A stretch of DNA of 64,000 nucleotides from Macrostomum hystrix (GCA_950097015.1 CATNEN010000002.1:7006001-7070000); one strand, 5' to 3'. Counted from the first letter of the stretch, positions 49,301 through 60,535 are shown. Made by a program: numbers and translations. Notes: generated by a model from the letters alone, not told the origin.

Positions 49301-52300
49301 TCTGTCTTACTTACGCGGGCAAAAGACGTGAAACAAACTGTAATTAAAAATATAAATATTATGGGACTTCCCCTACTTCTTCAGGTGACTGTCAACTGCT
49401 ACCCCCAGTTCTTCAGGTCACTGTCAACTGCTACCCCCAGTTCTTCAGGTCACTGTCAACTGCTACCCCCAGTTCTTCAGGTCACTGTCAACTGCTACCC
49501 CCAGTTCTTCAGGTCACTGTCAACTGCTACCCCCAGTTCTTCAGGTCACTGTCAACTGCTACCCCCAGTTCTTCAGGTCACTGTCAACTGCTACCCCCAG
49601 TTCTTCAGGTCACTGTCAACTGCTACCCCCAGTTCTTCAGGTCACTGTCAACTGCTACCCCCAGTTCTTCAGGTCACTGTCAACTGCTACCCCCAGTTCT
49701 TCAGGTCACTGTCAACTGCTACCCCCAGTTCTTCAGGTCACTGTCAACTGCTCCCCAGTTATTCAGGTCACTGTCAACTGCTACCCCCAGTTCTTCAGGT
49801 CACTGTCAACTGCTACCCCCAGTTCTTCAGGTCACTGTCAACTGCTACCCCCAGTTCGTCAGGAAATATCCCGCTTGTTATATTTCTGTGTTCTTTATCT
49901 TCAGTTGTCAGACTAAAGCTTATTAGTGTGCAGGTCATGCTATCCGATAAGTAAATATTCTGGTGCGTTATTCACATATTTTAGTTTGTTAGACCGCATT
50001 AAACTGAGCTGAAAATGTCTCACATTAGAAAAGTAGGGGTGAAAATTTTTTACCACCAATCAGTAAACTATAAAGCAGTGAATGCATGGCAAAATGTACC
50101 TGAACTGCTAAATACGTTGCGTAAGTGATGCCGGATAAAACATTACTGAATTAAATTTAGATAGAAAATATCCAATGAAAGAAAAGAGTGGTCTAACAAA
50201 GTGTTTGAATTATCGCCAAACTAAAACAATGGCGTCTGATTTAAAACAAAAGATCGCACTTTTTCAAATAGCTCCTCGATTTTCTGGAATTGTTTTCCAC
50301 AACTTGTTAAGGCTGTAACTTAGTAAACAAAATAAAAAAGAAATAATTTTTTTACGTATAAAACAATCACGTGACCGTCTTTACCAGTGTATTGTGCATC
50401 GCCAACTCCTTCTTCAGTGCAATGATCTCCGCCTCCAGCACCTTCACCATGATCTGGCGATGCGGTTGAAAGTAACGTTAGATTCCGAAAAGCTTATCAG
50501 CAAACCTCGATCACTTCAGTATTTGGCTTGCCTATTTTCAGGCCCTGAGTTCTTCGTCATCAGTCCCTGAACTCCTTGTCCTCAGTCTCCAGGTTAAAAA
50601 TATTCAGGCTCTAGACTCAGAATCTTCAGTATCTAGCCTCAGAATCCTCAGTATCTAGCCTCAGAATCCTCAGTATCTAGCCTCAGAATCCTCAGTATCT
50701 AGCCTCAGAATCCTCAGTATCTAGCCTCAGAATCCTCAGTATCTAGCCTCAGAATCCTCAGTATCTAGCCTCAGAATCCTCAGTATCTAGCCTCAGAATC
50801 CTCAGTATCTAGCCTCAGAATCCTCAGTATCTAGCCTCAGAATCCTCAGTATCTAGCCTCAGAATCCTCAGTATCTAGCCTCAGAATCCTCAGTATCTAG
50901 CCTCAAAATCTTCAGTCTCTAGCCTCAGAATCCTCAGTCTCTAGCCTCAGAATCCTCAGTATCTAGCCTCAGAATCCTCAGTATCTAGCCTCAGAATCCT
51001 CAGTCTCTAGCCTCAGAATCCTCAGTCTCTAGCCTCAGAATCCTCAGTATCTAGCCCCAGAATCTTCAGTCTCTAGCCTCAGAATCCTCATTCTCGAGCC
51101 TCAGAATCTTCAGTCTCTAGCCTCAGAATCCTCAGTATCTAGCCTCAGAATCCTCAGTATCTAGCCTCAGAATCCTCAGTATCTAGCCTCAGAATCCTCA
51201 GTATCTAGCCTCAGAATCCTCAGTATCTAGCCTCAGAATCCTCAGTATCTAGCCTCAGAATCCTCAGTCTCTAGCCTCAGAATCCTCAGTATCTAGCCTC
51301 AGAATCCTCAGTATCTAGCCTCAGAATCCTCAGTCTCTAGCCTCAGAATCCTCAGTCTCTAGCCTCAGAATCCTCAGTATCTAGCCCCAGAATCTTCAGT
51401 CTCTAGCCTCAGAATCCTCATTCTCGAGCCTCAGAATCTTCAGTCTCTAGCCTCAGAATCCTCAGTCTCTAGCCTCAGAATCCTCAGTATCTAGCCTCAG
51501 AATCCTCAGTCTCTCCCTCATCCCGGTACACATCGGTACTCACAGTGGGATCGGTGCGTTGATTCTCCACTGGCTCGCTCGCCACACAGCTCATGCGCTG
51601 AGCGAATCGCATGGTGGACACCTGCAAATTTGGGCCATAGACATTAGTAGGCCGACAATAGTACGTCAAAGACAATGGGGCCATCGACATACTAGGCCAA
51701 CAATAGTACGTCAATGACTTGAGCACTCACTGTCTCGTCTAGTTGACGAACGTCGCCCCAGATGTTGGCGATGAGAATGGTCTTGCAGCCTCCACCGATG
51801 CTGTCCTTCAGATAGTGCGTGAGCTTGCTCTGCCTGTAGGGCACGTGTTCGCGGTTCTTCTCTGTCAGGGCGATGACAGTCTGCTCCAGGAAGGACAAGG
51901 ACTTGTTGATGTAGGACGCTTCCTGCTGGGTCTTGCCTGTGCTCATTGTCTTCTGCAGCCTCTCAGAGCCGGCCAGATCAACGAAGTTAATCTTGGACGT
52001 TGTGTACTTGGAGTTGGACTGGAAGCGGGACCGAGTCTCCAGGTAGATGGTGAAGATGGTGTGCGAGCGGGACGAGTTCTTGTTCAGAGCGTGGGCGGCC
52101 GTGGCTCGATTCGTCTCACCCTGGAATTCATTGGAAAGAGACTGCTCAGAGTTCGGACTGCTTTGAATCTAGGCGTGTTAATAATAACAACACTAATAAT
52201 TGCAGGAGGCAATTCTGCTCATTTCGCTGACTCCTGAGCACACACGCACACAGATACTGTACTCAGGCGCACGCTCACACAGGTGTGTGTACATCTGCTT

Positions 52301-53253
52301 TGACTTTCTCATCGGCAGCCAGTGTACACTTCACTGTGCCTTGGAGGTTGGCCCTCAAGGGCGTAAATTGCACGTCAAGCCCACAAGCCTTCTCTCCTCG
52401 GTTGCACCCCAAATGAATGTGGCCTCGCCGCGGAATCGAGCTCAGACCTTGGTGCGCGAGGCAAAAGCGTTAGACCGCTCTCACCCAACCTCCCATCTAG
52501 ACACGTTGTACTTCATATGCTTTTGAAGCAGTTATTGTGGTAATTTTAATATCAGAATCCAAGAAACCAAGCGCGAAAAACGCCCACCTCAAACAGAAGG
52601 TTGAGAGCTTCTTCTTCCGTCTGCGCCAGGTGCACATTCAAGCCTTTGACGTAGACTCCGCCGTTCTCTTCGGCGATGACCAGCGGGCTGGTGGCTTCCT
52701 GACTACTGGGCATTGTGCCCAGCAGGTCAAGCATTGTGTCATTGTAGATCTCCAGGTAGGTGATGCGTACAGTGATGGCCAGGTCGGTCTTATTGCCGAT
52801 CTCCTTGTACAGGTGGCTCAGCGCGCGAGGCACGAGGCCGCGATGATGGAAAATCTCCGTGACGCCGGTGATGGTGAAGGTCTTGCCAGCGCCCGTCTGG
52901 CCGTAGCACATGATGGTGCCATTGTAGCCGGCCAAGCCACTCTCGATGAGATCGGCGCCAAGGGTCTCGTAGACGTCCTGCTGCGAGGCATTGTGGAAGA
53001 TGCCATCGGTGCGGAAGACCCACTCAGTGCGCTGGTTGCTGGCAAAGCCACGCTGCTGTTGCTGCTGCTGCTGCTGTTGCTGCTGTTGCTGTTGGTCTCC
53101 GGCTCGCGGCATGCAGATCTGCAGCGACCGGCCTTCCGGGTCCAATCGGAGTACTTCGTCGGCGAAGTTCTGGCTGGGCCGGACTCGAACCCAGACCTTC
53201 ACCTTCTTGCTGCGCTTGCCGCCGCTCTTCATCGTTGCGCGCTGCGGGACCAT
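46397..53253 (-). CDS. KIF9: Kinesin-9 family motor, ~828 aa; exons 53253-52588, 52120-51731, 51621-51544, 50453-50385, 49202-49098, 48884-48347, 47718-47416, 47347-47118, 46504-46397
   Basis: KVKVWVRVRPSQNFADEVL, YGQTGAGKTFT (P-loop), YLEIYND, NKNSSRSHTIF, FVDLAGSER, INKSLSFLEQ and HVPYRQSKLTHYLKDSIGG, then VQRYIDGDLDEID and EFDKWYAESF. All eight introns are GT-AG and phase-compatible. Confidence 0.95.
46600..47045. repeat. 44-bp minisatellite (CCGCCAAGTCTCTCGAACGGACTAATAACATCAAAGGAGAGTTA)
   Basis: In the last KIF9 intron. Confidence 0.92.
47970..48295 (+). mobile_element. tRNA-derived SINE copy with intact head
   Basis: A box GTGGCAGAGCGGTTAA, B-box-like GAGCTCGATTC, head ending CCA at ~48045, then the shared body. 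Confidence 0.88.
49375..49860. repeat. 32-bp minisatellite (TTCTTCAGGTCACTGTCAACTGCTACCCCCAG)
   Basis: About 15 copies in a KIF9 intron. Confidence 0.95.
50615..51515. repeat. 22-bp minisatellite (TAGCCTCAGAATCCTCAGTATC)
   Basis: About 41 copies in a KIF9 intron. Confidence 0.95.
52180..52500 (-). mobile_element. tRNA-derived SINE copy in KIF9 intron 1
   Basis: Minus-strand head GGGTGAGAGCGGTCTAACGC...GAGCTCGATTCCGCGGCGAGGCCA, then the shared body and an ATT-rich tail. Confidence 0.88.
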
Positions 53254-55624
53254 CGGGCTGGGTCAGTTTTCTCTGGGCTGAGAATTTTGGACCCCGCCAG
53301 CTCTCTGACCTGCACCGCGCCGCGATACACTATAGCTCACTTATTAAAGCTTTTGTGCTCATAGGCATTAGATGCGATATATTTTGCTTCCTATGTATTT
53401 ACATAACAGACTAGATTTACCATAGACTATAGCTTAAAAGTCGCGTTCATTCTGCTTAAGATGTCGATTTCAAGGCAAAACAAAACGTAAGCCCACAACA
53501 CATTACTTCTGTGGTTTTATCGATCATTTAGAAACTAAGCAATTACTGCTAAAAATGTAAAATTAGGCGTTGAAAAAAACAAATATTAATGCCCATTACT
53601 ATAGTGTTAGAAAGCAAAAATGTGTTAACCAACTTCAAATATTGAACTCCTACAAACAAATAAACTCGGAGCTAATCATATAATGGCATAATCACTCGCT
53701 ACTTTGATTTTGATGCACAATATGCGAATTATATACGTACTTGATCTTAAGCAGTCATGGCGGTCAAATGGCTGCTGCAGTTAAAAGTATCAGATATTTC
53801 CCTAACTCCCAATTGGAAAAATTCCTTTGATCTAATTAAGACTAAATTAATCCAGTACAATCACAAATATATGATAGATCAACTCTAGATATTACATAGT
53901 GCTAATATAATACCATGATATAATTGTTTGTATTTTGTTTATTTATACTTTAATTTATACCTTAAATTTTAAGGTATTAGGCCTATATATCTAAAAACGT
54001 AAAAACAACACCTCCACAGGCAGGATAATAGAAAGCTTTAGAATATTTCCACCACAAATTTATATAAAATACAAGTAAGCAAAACTATAGTAAAGTGCTA
54101 TTCTTATTATTTCAATACATACACTGATAGTATAGAATCGCTGTTTATCGATAAAAAAAGAATTAATAGATTTTTCATATTTAGAAATTTCACTAACAAC
54201 TTTTAGTCATAGCGAGAAATTACTAGCTTAGAAATTGTATATAACAAAAAAGTGAAAAAAAAGTGATTTTTTGCTTGTGTTTGACTCTTTGATGGAATAA
54301 AAACAATTTTATATCCAAAGTTTGAGCGAATTATTCAAGCTAATACTAAGAAAAATTGATACAAGGCTTCATTCACCTTATTTTTATCTTTACACGCAGA
54401 AAGAAAGGTGAACAGCACCTTATTTTACGATTTACGCAGTAACTATGGCTTCAATGGCATAAACAAAATTGGCTTAAAACAAAACATATATTTGTGTTTT
54501 GTATATTTTTTGAACAAAAACTAGTTTTTTTACTATATTTTGCTATAAAGACTTAAAATACAAACACAGGTAAAATCGTTACGACTAAATTTCCTAATAC
54601 GTGTATATTAGCGATAAGCTTACGAATTGTGTGCTCACTACGCGATCTCCTTTTCGAATTTATCGCTTTTATCGATTCAAATATTATCCACAATATCCGA
54701 AACTATTAAAATACTCCTCACATACCTTTCTAATTCATGCGCCAAAATATGTCAAATGGACCCGAATCTGTACACGTATTTTTATTAAGCTTAACTTCAT
54801 TGTTAATGTGATTTAAATAAAAAACAGTTTTAGATAGGCTTTTCTAATGCATTTCATGCCCAGTGAGGGCTCCATTAGCAATTTAATTGATTGCGTCAGA
54901 GCCAGTTTTGCGAGCGTACTAATAAGAGGCCACCCGTAGGGTGGGGAAAGGCAGCTAATAGTAGCTTTCTAATGATACAGCTTAATCTTCCTATAGGACC
55001 TGTTGCAAAAATTAATGTTTACCTTACAATACAATTAGCACGTGTATTACTTTCATAGTACGTATTTCTAAACGCACCTTCATGGATCGCGACGGACGAA
55101 TCACTTGGTGATATTGACTCATGTGTGAAAGAACGTGAATGATCGATAGTTTGTTACATAGTTTCTTTTATACATTATCAATAATAACAATAATTTTAAT
55201 AATGGTAATGAGGTAAAGTCCATCCCTTTTCCACCTTTTCTTGCCATCCAGACTAGCTTTGAGACTTATAAGACAACCCTGACTTAGCATAGCTCTTCTT
55301 GTCAGACAGGACTGTTAAATCCCAAACTCTGATCGAGAGAACTCATATCAACAATTTGAGCAACCGCTTCGACTTGACCGGCAGACCCGATCCTTAGCCT
55401 TGAGCTCCGGTTCCAGCCTTCGGAGACTCATCTAAGATAAGTGGGACTATACTCTTGTTATCTATAATTAATATCTTTGCGTGATCCAACATCCATGTGC
55501 AGTGTATATGACAACATCGCTGATTGCGAAATAAAATATCTAAGTTGAAGGGTAAAACATCAAGGAAAACCGTCGACCAGACCTCCTGTCTCCTTATTCA
55601 ATAATAGGAAAGATAACCGGATCC

Positions 55625-55990
55625 TTAGTCCTAGACATATTCCTAGACCTAGACCTATATTAGACCTAGACCTATTCCTAGACCTAGACCTATAGACCTA
55701 GACCTATTCCTAGACCTAGACCTATAGACCTAGACCTATTCCTAGACCTAGACCTATAGACCTAGACCTATTCCTAGACCTATTCCTAGACCTATTCCAA
55801 ACCTATTCCAAGACCTATTCCTAGACCTACCTACACCTATTCCTAGGCCTAGACCTAGACCTATTCTTAGACCTATTCCTAGACCTAGACCTAGACTAGA
55901 CCTAGACCTATTCCTATTCAAAGACCTTTTCCTAGACCTATTCCTAGATCTAGACCTATTCCTAGACCTATTTAGACCTATTCCTAGACA
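55625..55990. repeat. Hexamer array of CCTAGA and CCTATT units
   Basis: Read directly. Often arranged as CCTAGA-CCTAGA-CCTATT. Confidence 0.92.
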
Positions 55991-56084
55991 TATTTTCCTC
56001 GCTCGCACTCACTCTCTCTATTGAAATTGCAATAGCGGCAATTCAGCCCGGCTGTGTAGTCTATGGTTTTTTATATAGCAATTC

Positions 56085-56305
56085 TTATGCAGCAAAAGAG
56101 CCCGGCCGAGTCCCCTATGCTTTCTTATGCAGCAAAAGAGCCCGGCCGAGTCCCCTATGCTTTCTTATGCAGCAAAAGAGCCCGACTCAATCCTTAATGC
56201 TTTCTTATGCAGCAAAAGAGCCCGACTCAACCCTTAATGCTTTCTTATGCAGCAAAAGAGCCCGACTCAACCCTTAATGCTTTCTTATGCAGCAAAAGAG
56301 CCCGG
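56085..56305. repeat. 40-bp minisatellite (ATGCAGCAAAAGAGCCCGGCCGAGTCCCCTATGCTTTCTT)
   Basis: About 5.5 copies in two variants. Confidence 0.92.
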
Positions 56306-56680
56306 GACCCGCTTTGCTATAATTCTAAATTGATTACTACTGATAGCAATTGTTGCAGTGTTAGGTGCGAGATCGGTTGGCTGATTGAATACATATACCA
56401 GTCATGATAATTTTGTTTCAAATGGCGCAGTTGTGACAGCAGCGGAATGCAGTTCGAACATTCTATGAAATGGGTTTCATGCAGGGTATTATCTTACGTT
56501 ACATGATGACTGCAGCCCCATGCCACTGCCCGCACCTGAGTTAGGGACCCATTTCGCACTGTGATGATCGATCGAAATTTTTCCAATATACTGTGGGATA
56601 TATAGTGACTATAGCGGTATTAGCTAGTGTTAGACGCGTTGCTGCTGCACTCACGACATTGTTGGGTGCGTAGAACCACG

Positions 56681-57100
56681 ATGAATGCTCATCCTGTGGC
56701 GCTGTTCGGCTCGCCGGCCATCGTGGCACTCCTGGCCAGATGCGACATCGCCTGCCTGGCCCCGTTCCTGGCGCACCGAGGACGACTGGAGCAGCTGACC
56801 TGCCTGCAGCGCCACTGCCCGAATGCTGAGCTGAATGCCACCCAGCTACACACCTTGCTGAAGAGCCTCCTGGACTGGCTGCTACAACACCAGACAGCTG
56901 CGGGCTACGAGACTATCCTGGAGGTGACCTGCCTAACAGAGAACGAGGCTTTCGACTTGGCCGAGCTGCTAGGCCTGCTGGAGGACACCTGTTCGGAGCT
57001 GCAGCACATTCTACACGGGCTGGACTACTGGCGCGGCGTGCAGCAAAGGGCAAGACTGCGAGAGTTGTTCCGGAGTCGCGAATATCGAATGGAGCAGTAG
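56681..57100 (+). CDS. 139-aa helical protein, possible CARD/death-fold
   Basis: GC-rich ORF in AT-rich DNA with host-like codon use and AATAAA at 57176-57181. Hydrophobic pattern ALLARCDIACLAPFLAHRGRL...SLLDWLL...GYETIL...DLAELL resembles CARD helices, by eye only. Confidence 0.6.
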   Translation: MNAHPVALFGSPAIVALLARCDIACLAPFLAHRGRLEQLTCLQRHCPNAELNATQLHTLLKSLLDWLLQHQTAAGYETILEVTCLTENEAFDLAELLGLLEDTCSELQHILHGLDYWRGVQQRARLRELFRSREYRMEQ

Positions 57101-57254
57101 CAGCAGCAAAAAGACTTAGCTACTAGACAGTTAAAATAACTTATCCCTGTTTGTGAACCCAAACCAAGTCTGCACCAATAAAAGAACTAAGGTGGCAGAT
57201 CCAACTCGATACCGGGAAGTTTATTTTGGATAACCTAAAAATAGACCGTATAAG

Positions 57255-57387
57255 AGTACAGTTCGTGGTGCGCGCACAATCCCTAAGAAATATATACATA
57301 AGACGATGCGAGGTGCTTATCTACCTAAAAATAGCAGGCAAGTCCTTATATATTTTTAAGTAATGTGCGCGCACTATGAACTGTACT
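57255..57387. other. Inverted-repeat module A
   Basis: Left arm AGTACAGTTCGTGGTGCGCGCAC pairs with right arm GTGCGCGCACTATGAACTGTACT (two G-T mismatches). The inner TATATA-containing segments pair partially. Confidence 0.9.
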
Positions 57388-57482
57388 TCTAGCTAAAAGT
57401 ACACAATCAACTTAACCGGGATCCGAATTAACCTAATTAAGCACCTATTAATAGAATCTGAGTCGATCAGTTTAAAACTATA

Positions 57483-57520
57483 AGATCAATATGCGCGCAC
57501 ATGTGCGCGCATATTGATCT
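57483..57520. other. Perfect 38-bp palindrome A
   Basis: AGATCAATATGCGCGCACA|TGTGCGCGCATATTGATCT. Confidence 0.97.
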
Positions 57521-57739
57521 ACTAGAAGTAGTAGTAACACTGGTACTATCTGCTGCTCATCCTAAATAGCCTGCTCCTCCTCCTTGGGACGTACTTGGGA
57601 CTCTATTATTAATAGCGAATCCCACCCTGTTGCACCCAGTTGAAGTTGAGTACCTGGGACTGCGTTGGCTTTCTGCAGCCTGCTCATTTTCATACATCCA
57701 AATTTGAACGCGCCTATAATTAACCTGCGGAAGCACAGA

Positions 57740-60535
57740 ATGTCGTTCAACTTTTCAACCGGCTACGACAGCGACGATGAGCGAATTGCGGCCGCGCTGG
57801 ACGAGTTTGAGAGAGTTGCCCAAGATAGTAACTCCGCCGGGCCGGTAGCGTCATCAACTCGCCAGCCACCATCACAGCGAAAAAGAAAGAGCGCTCCCTC
57901 TCAACGTCAGATTGTCAATGCAGCAGCCGCAGAATCTACGCCAGGCCCAAAGCGTATATATACTTTCACCCCAGTGCAGACAGCAGCGGTGGCTAACATC
58001 AGCAGCGACGCCGACGACTTCAGCCTGCTGCCATTGAGCGGTGTCATGCGCCTAAACACTGGAGAGCAGCAGCCTGCCAGTGACCAGATGTCCACAGGCA
58101 ATCAGCAGCCACCGCCTGCCAGTATATCGGCCGTCTACGCGCCCATCTCCCACGCGATGGCAGCCTCAGCCTCGACTGCGCCAAAAGGGAGCATGCTGGC
58201 TTGGCTCGGAGATCAGCACCGGAGTGCCAAGAAGGCCACCAGCAGATGGTCATCGCCGGCAGCGATCAGGCACGTCAGGCGACATGCTCCTGCCAACTGC
58301 GGCGATGGCGACGGGGCGGCGTCTGATGCGCCCGACATGTCCACGGCAGCCCTACAGCCTCGCAGCCCCGTCGTCATCGAGATTGAGGACGTCGACGACG
58401 AGCGCGCCGATAACGGCAGGCCGACAGCGGCAACTCGCACAAAGGCGGAGCCATCGGAGCCTAACGAGCAGGAGGCGGCGATGGATAGCGACGACCGCGA
58501 TGCTCTGCAGGCACTGCTGGACTACGAGGCGTCCACCGTTGCGCTGTCAGTCGCTGCAGATCCCCCACCGTCGGGCGCTGATGCGGAAATGGAGGAGGCC
58601 GCCAGCACGGTGCCGAAACCGCCTCAAGTCGCGGCCGACCAACAACAGCAGCCAGGGAGGCGGAGATTCCGTTTCCAGCGGCTCGAAACGACTGCTCCCG
58701 CTGTTGCTGCTGCTGCCGACTGCTCCATTGTGGGCGCCATGGTGCCAGACTCGCAGCCCGATGGCCGACGATTAGCAGTCGCCAAGACCACACCGTCTCA
58801 GCGTCCGGAAGATGAGACGACGGCCTACGTGGTGTCGCCTGGCACAGCGGCATTCGCAGCAGCCGTGGTGGCCGCTATGAATGAGGCCAGCCAGTCCGTC
58901 CCTGTCGGCGAGGAGTGGTGGCGCATATTAACACCACAGCCGCTGCAGCAACAAGAGCAGGTGCAGCTCGAGCGTCCTCCCTCGCTGGTGCCCTTCAGCT
59001 ACAGTCCGCCGGCGTCTGCGGCACAGCTTATTCACTTCCTCCAGCAACAGCAGGGGGACAGCGAGGCGAGCGGGAGCGGGGTCGGCGGCGCCAGAGGACA
59101 ACGAGGCGGCCGAGGGGTGCGACGGCTGGGCCAAAATCCGCTGCTTAATGCGGCAGCAGCACAGCAGCAGTTCACTGTGACGCGCTCAGTCAGCCGGCCG
59201 CTCGCAATGACCGGTGCTGCTCCTGCGGAGCGACTGCCCGAGGACAGCGGCATTCTGACCGGGCGCCGCTATTTGCACGTCTTCCACATCGACAAGGTGC
59301 GCTTCGTCGGTGAGTCACTTGCTTTGTTCATAAGCTCTGAATCATATAACCAGCTGCTGGCATCCACTGTTTCCATGCTGCCTACATAAACAGGTCGTGC
59401 CAAAGTATATCTGGGCGAGGCTCTGGAGGCACACTGTGTCGAGCTCGTCCTGGCGTCCAGCCCGGGCCTCTGCGTCGGCATGGATGAGTTCTGCGACCGG
59501 CGGCTAGTCGCTGACCCGCTCTCCGTCGACGAGATGGAGCAACAGCAGCAGCAGCAGCAGCAGCACAGCGAGTATCGGCCACACCGCACTCTGTCCGGCT
59601 TCGTGCGCCTGGAGACCAACGCGGCCGGCTGGCATTTGTACGAGCTGCTGTTCAGCCTGCTGCCTAGCCGAGACGAGGGACGCTGCTTTGTGGTGCCCGA
59701 CCGGACCACCCTGACGCTGTGCGGCGTCCGCTCGCCAGACAGTGTGCTGCGGAGCCTGACGCAGCACGACGGCTACCCGCTGCTGATCGGGATCGGCGCC
59801 ACGCAGTGCAGCATGCTGGTGCAAGCGACTCGGTGGGCGCTGTCCTACCCGCTGACTGCCAACCTGCCCGACCAGACTGACGGCTTCTTGTTGGCCCACC
59901 AGCAGATGCGCGCCACGTTGCTGGGGGTCTTTAGAGACGTGCAGCGCCAGCGCCGGATTCGCAGGGAGCAGCTCGCCGGCTGTTCCGCATGTTCCACCGA
60001 GGCTGCCGACATTAGGAACCTGTGCCCGCTCCGAGAGGCCGTCTGCACAGCCCTTCGCCACCAGTCGGGCGTTGTGTACCTTTACGGGCCGTCGGGAGTC
60101 GGCAAGACCACCGCCGTCGAGCGCCACCTGGGCCAGGAGCGCGTCTTCTGTCCGGTCATCAAGCGCTTCGGTGGCAATGACTTCATGTTCGACGGCCTGG
60201 ACACCGCGCGCCACTCCGTCATCTTTCTGGACGAGGTGCGGCCGCACATGTTCGAGGGCGGCGACCTGGAGACCACGCTGTTGCGCCTGCTGAACGGCAA
60301 CAGCTTCCTGGTCAATGCGAAGCACCAGGCGCACGTCTACCTGGACTGGGGCCAACGGCTGGTGATCATGGCCGGCCACGCCTCACCTGACGACTACCCG
60401 GCTGACGTGCAGCGGCGCCTGCGCAACGAGGGCAACACGTGCGTCGAGGTCGACCACGACATCGAGGCCTGCCAGGGGGGGTGCCGCCAGCAGCCAATGT
60501 TCGGAGCCGCCGCCGCCAACGCCCAGGTTGAATGA
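57740..60535 (+). CDS. Spliced Rep-like protein, ~903 aa (exons 57740-59309, 59394-60535): disordered N-terminus, degenerate HUH-like region, SF3 helicase
   Basis: An 84-nt GTGAGT...AAACAG phase-1 intron removes the in-frame TAA and joins the 574-aa and 351-aa ORFs. Walker A GPSGVGKT (60086-60109), FMFDGL..HSVIFLDE (Walker B, 60221-60235), LLRLLNG..VNAK (B'), RLVIMAGH (motif C region) and arginine finger QRRL. Confidence 0.85.

Noticed and set aside
222-51515. Tandem arrays as CRISPR arrays
   Set aside because: Units are contiguous with no unique spacers, there are no cas genes, and the context is eukaryotic and intronic.
59387-59389. Stop-codon readthrough, alternative genetic code or pseudogene lesion in the Rep
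   Set aside because: A canonical phase-matched 84-nt intron removes the TAA, and all other genes use the standard code.
57740-60535. Helitron RepHel or Polinton identity
   Set aside because: The helicase is SF3, not PIF1/SF1. No pPolB, capsid, packaging ATPase or RVE integrase is visible in the window.
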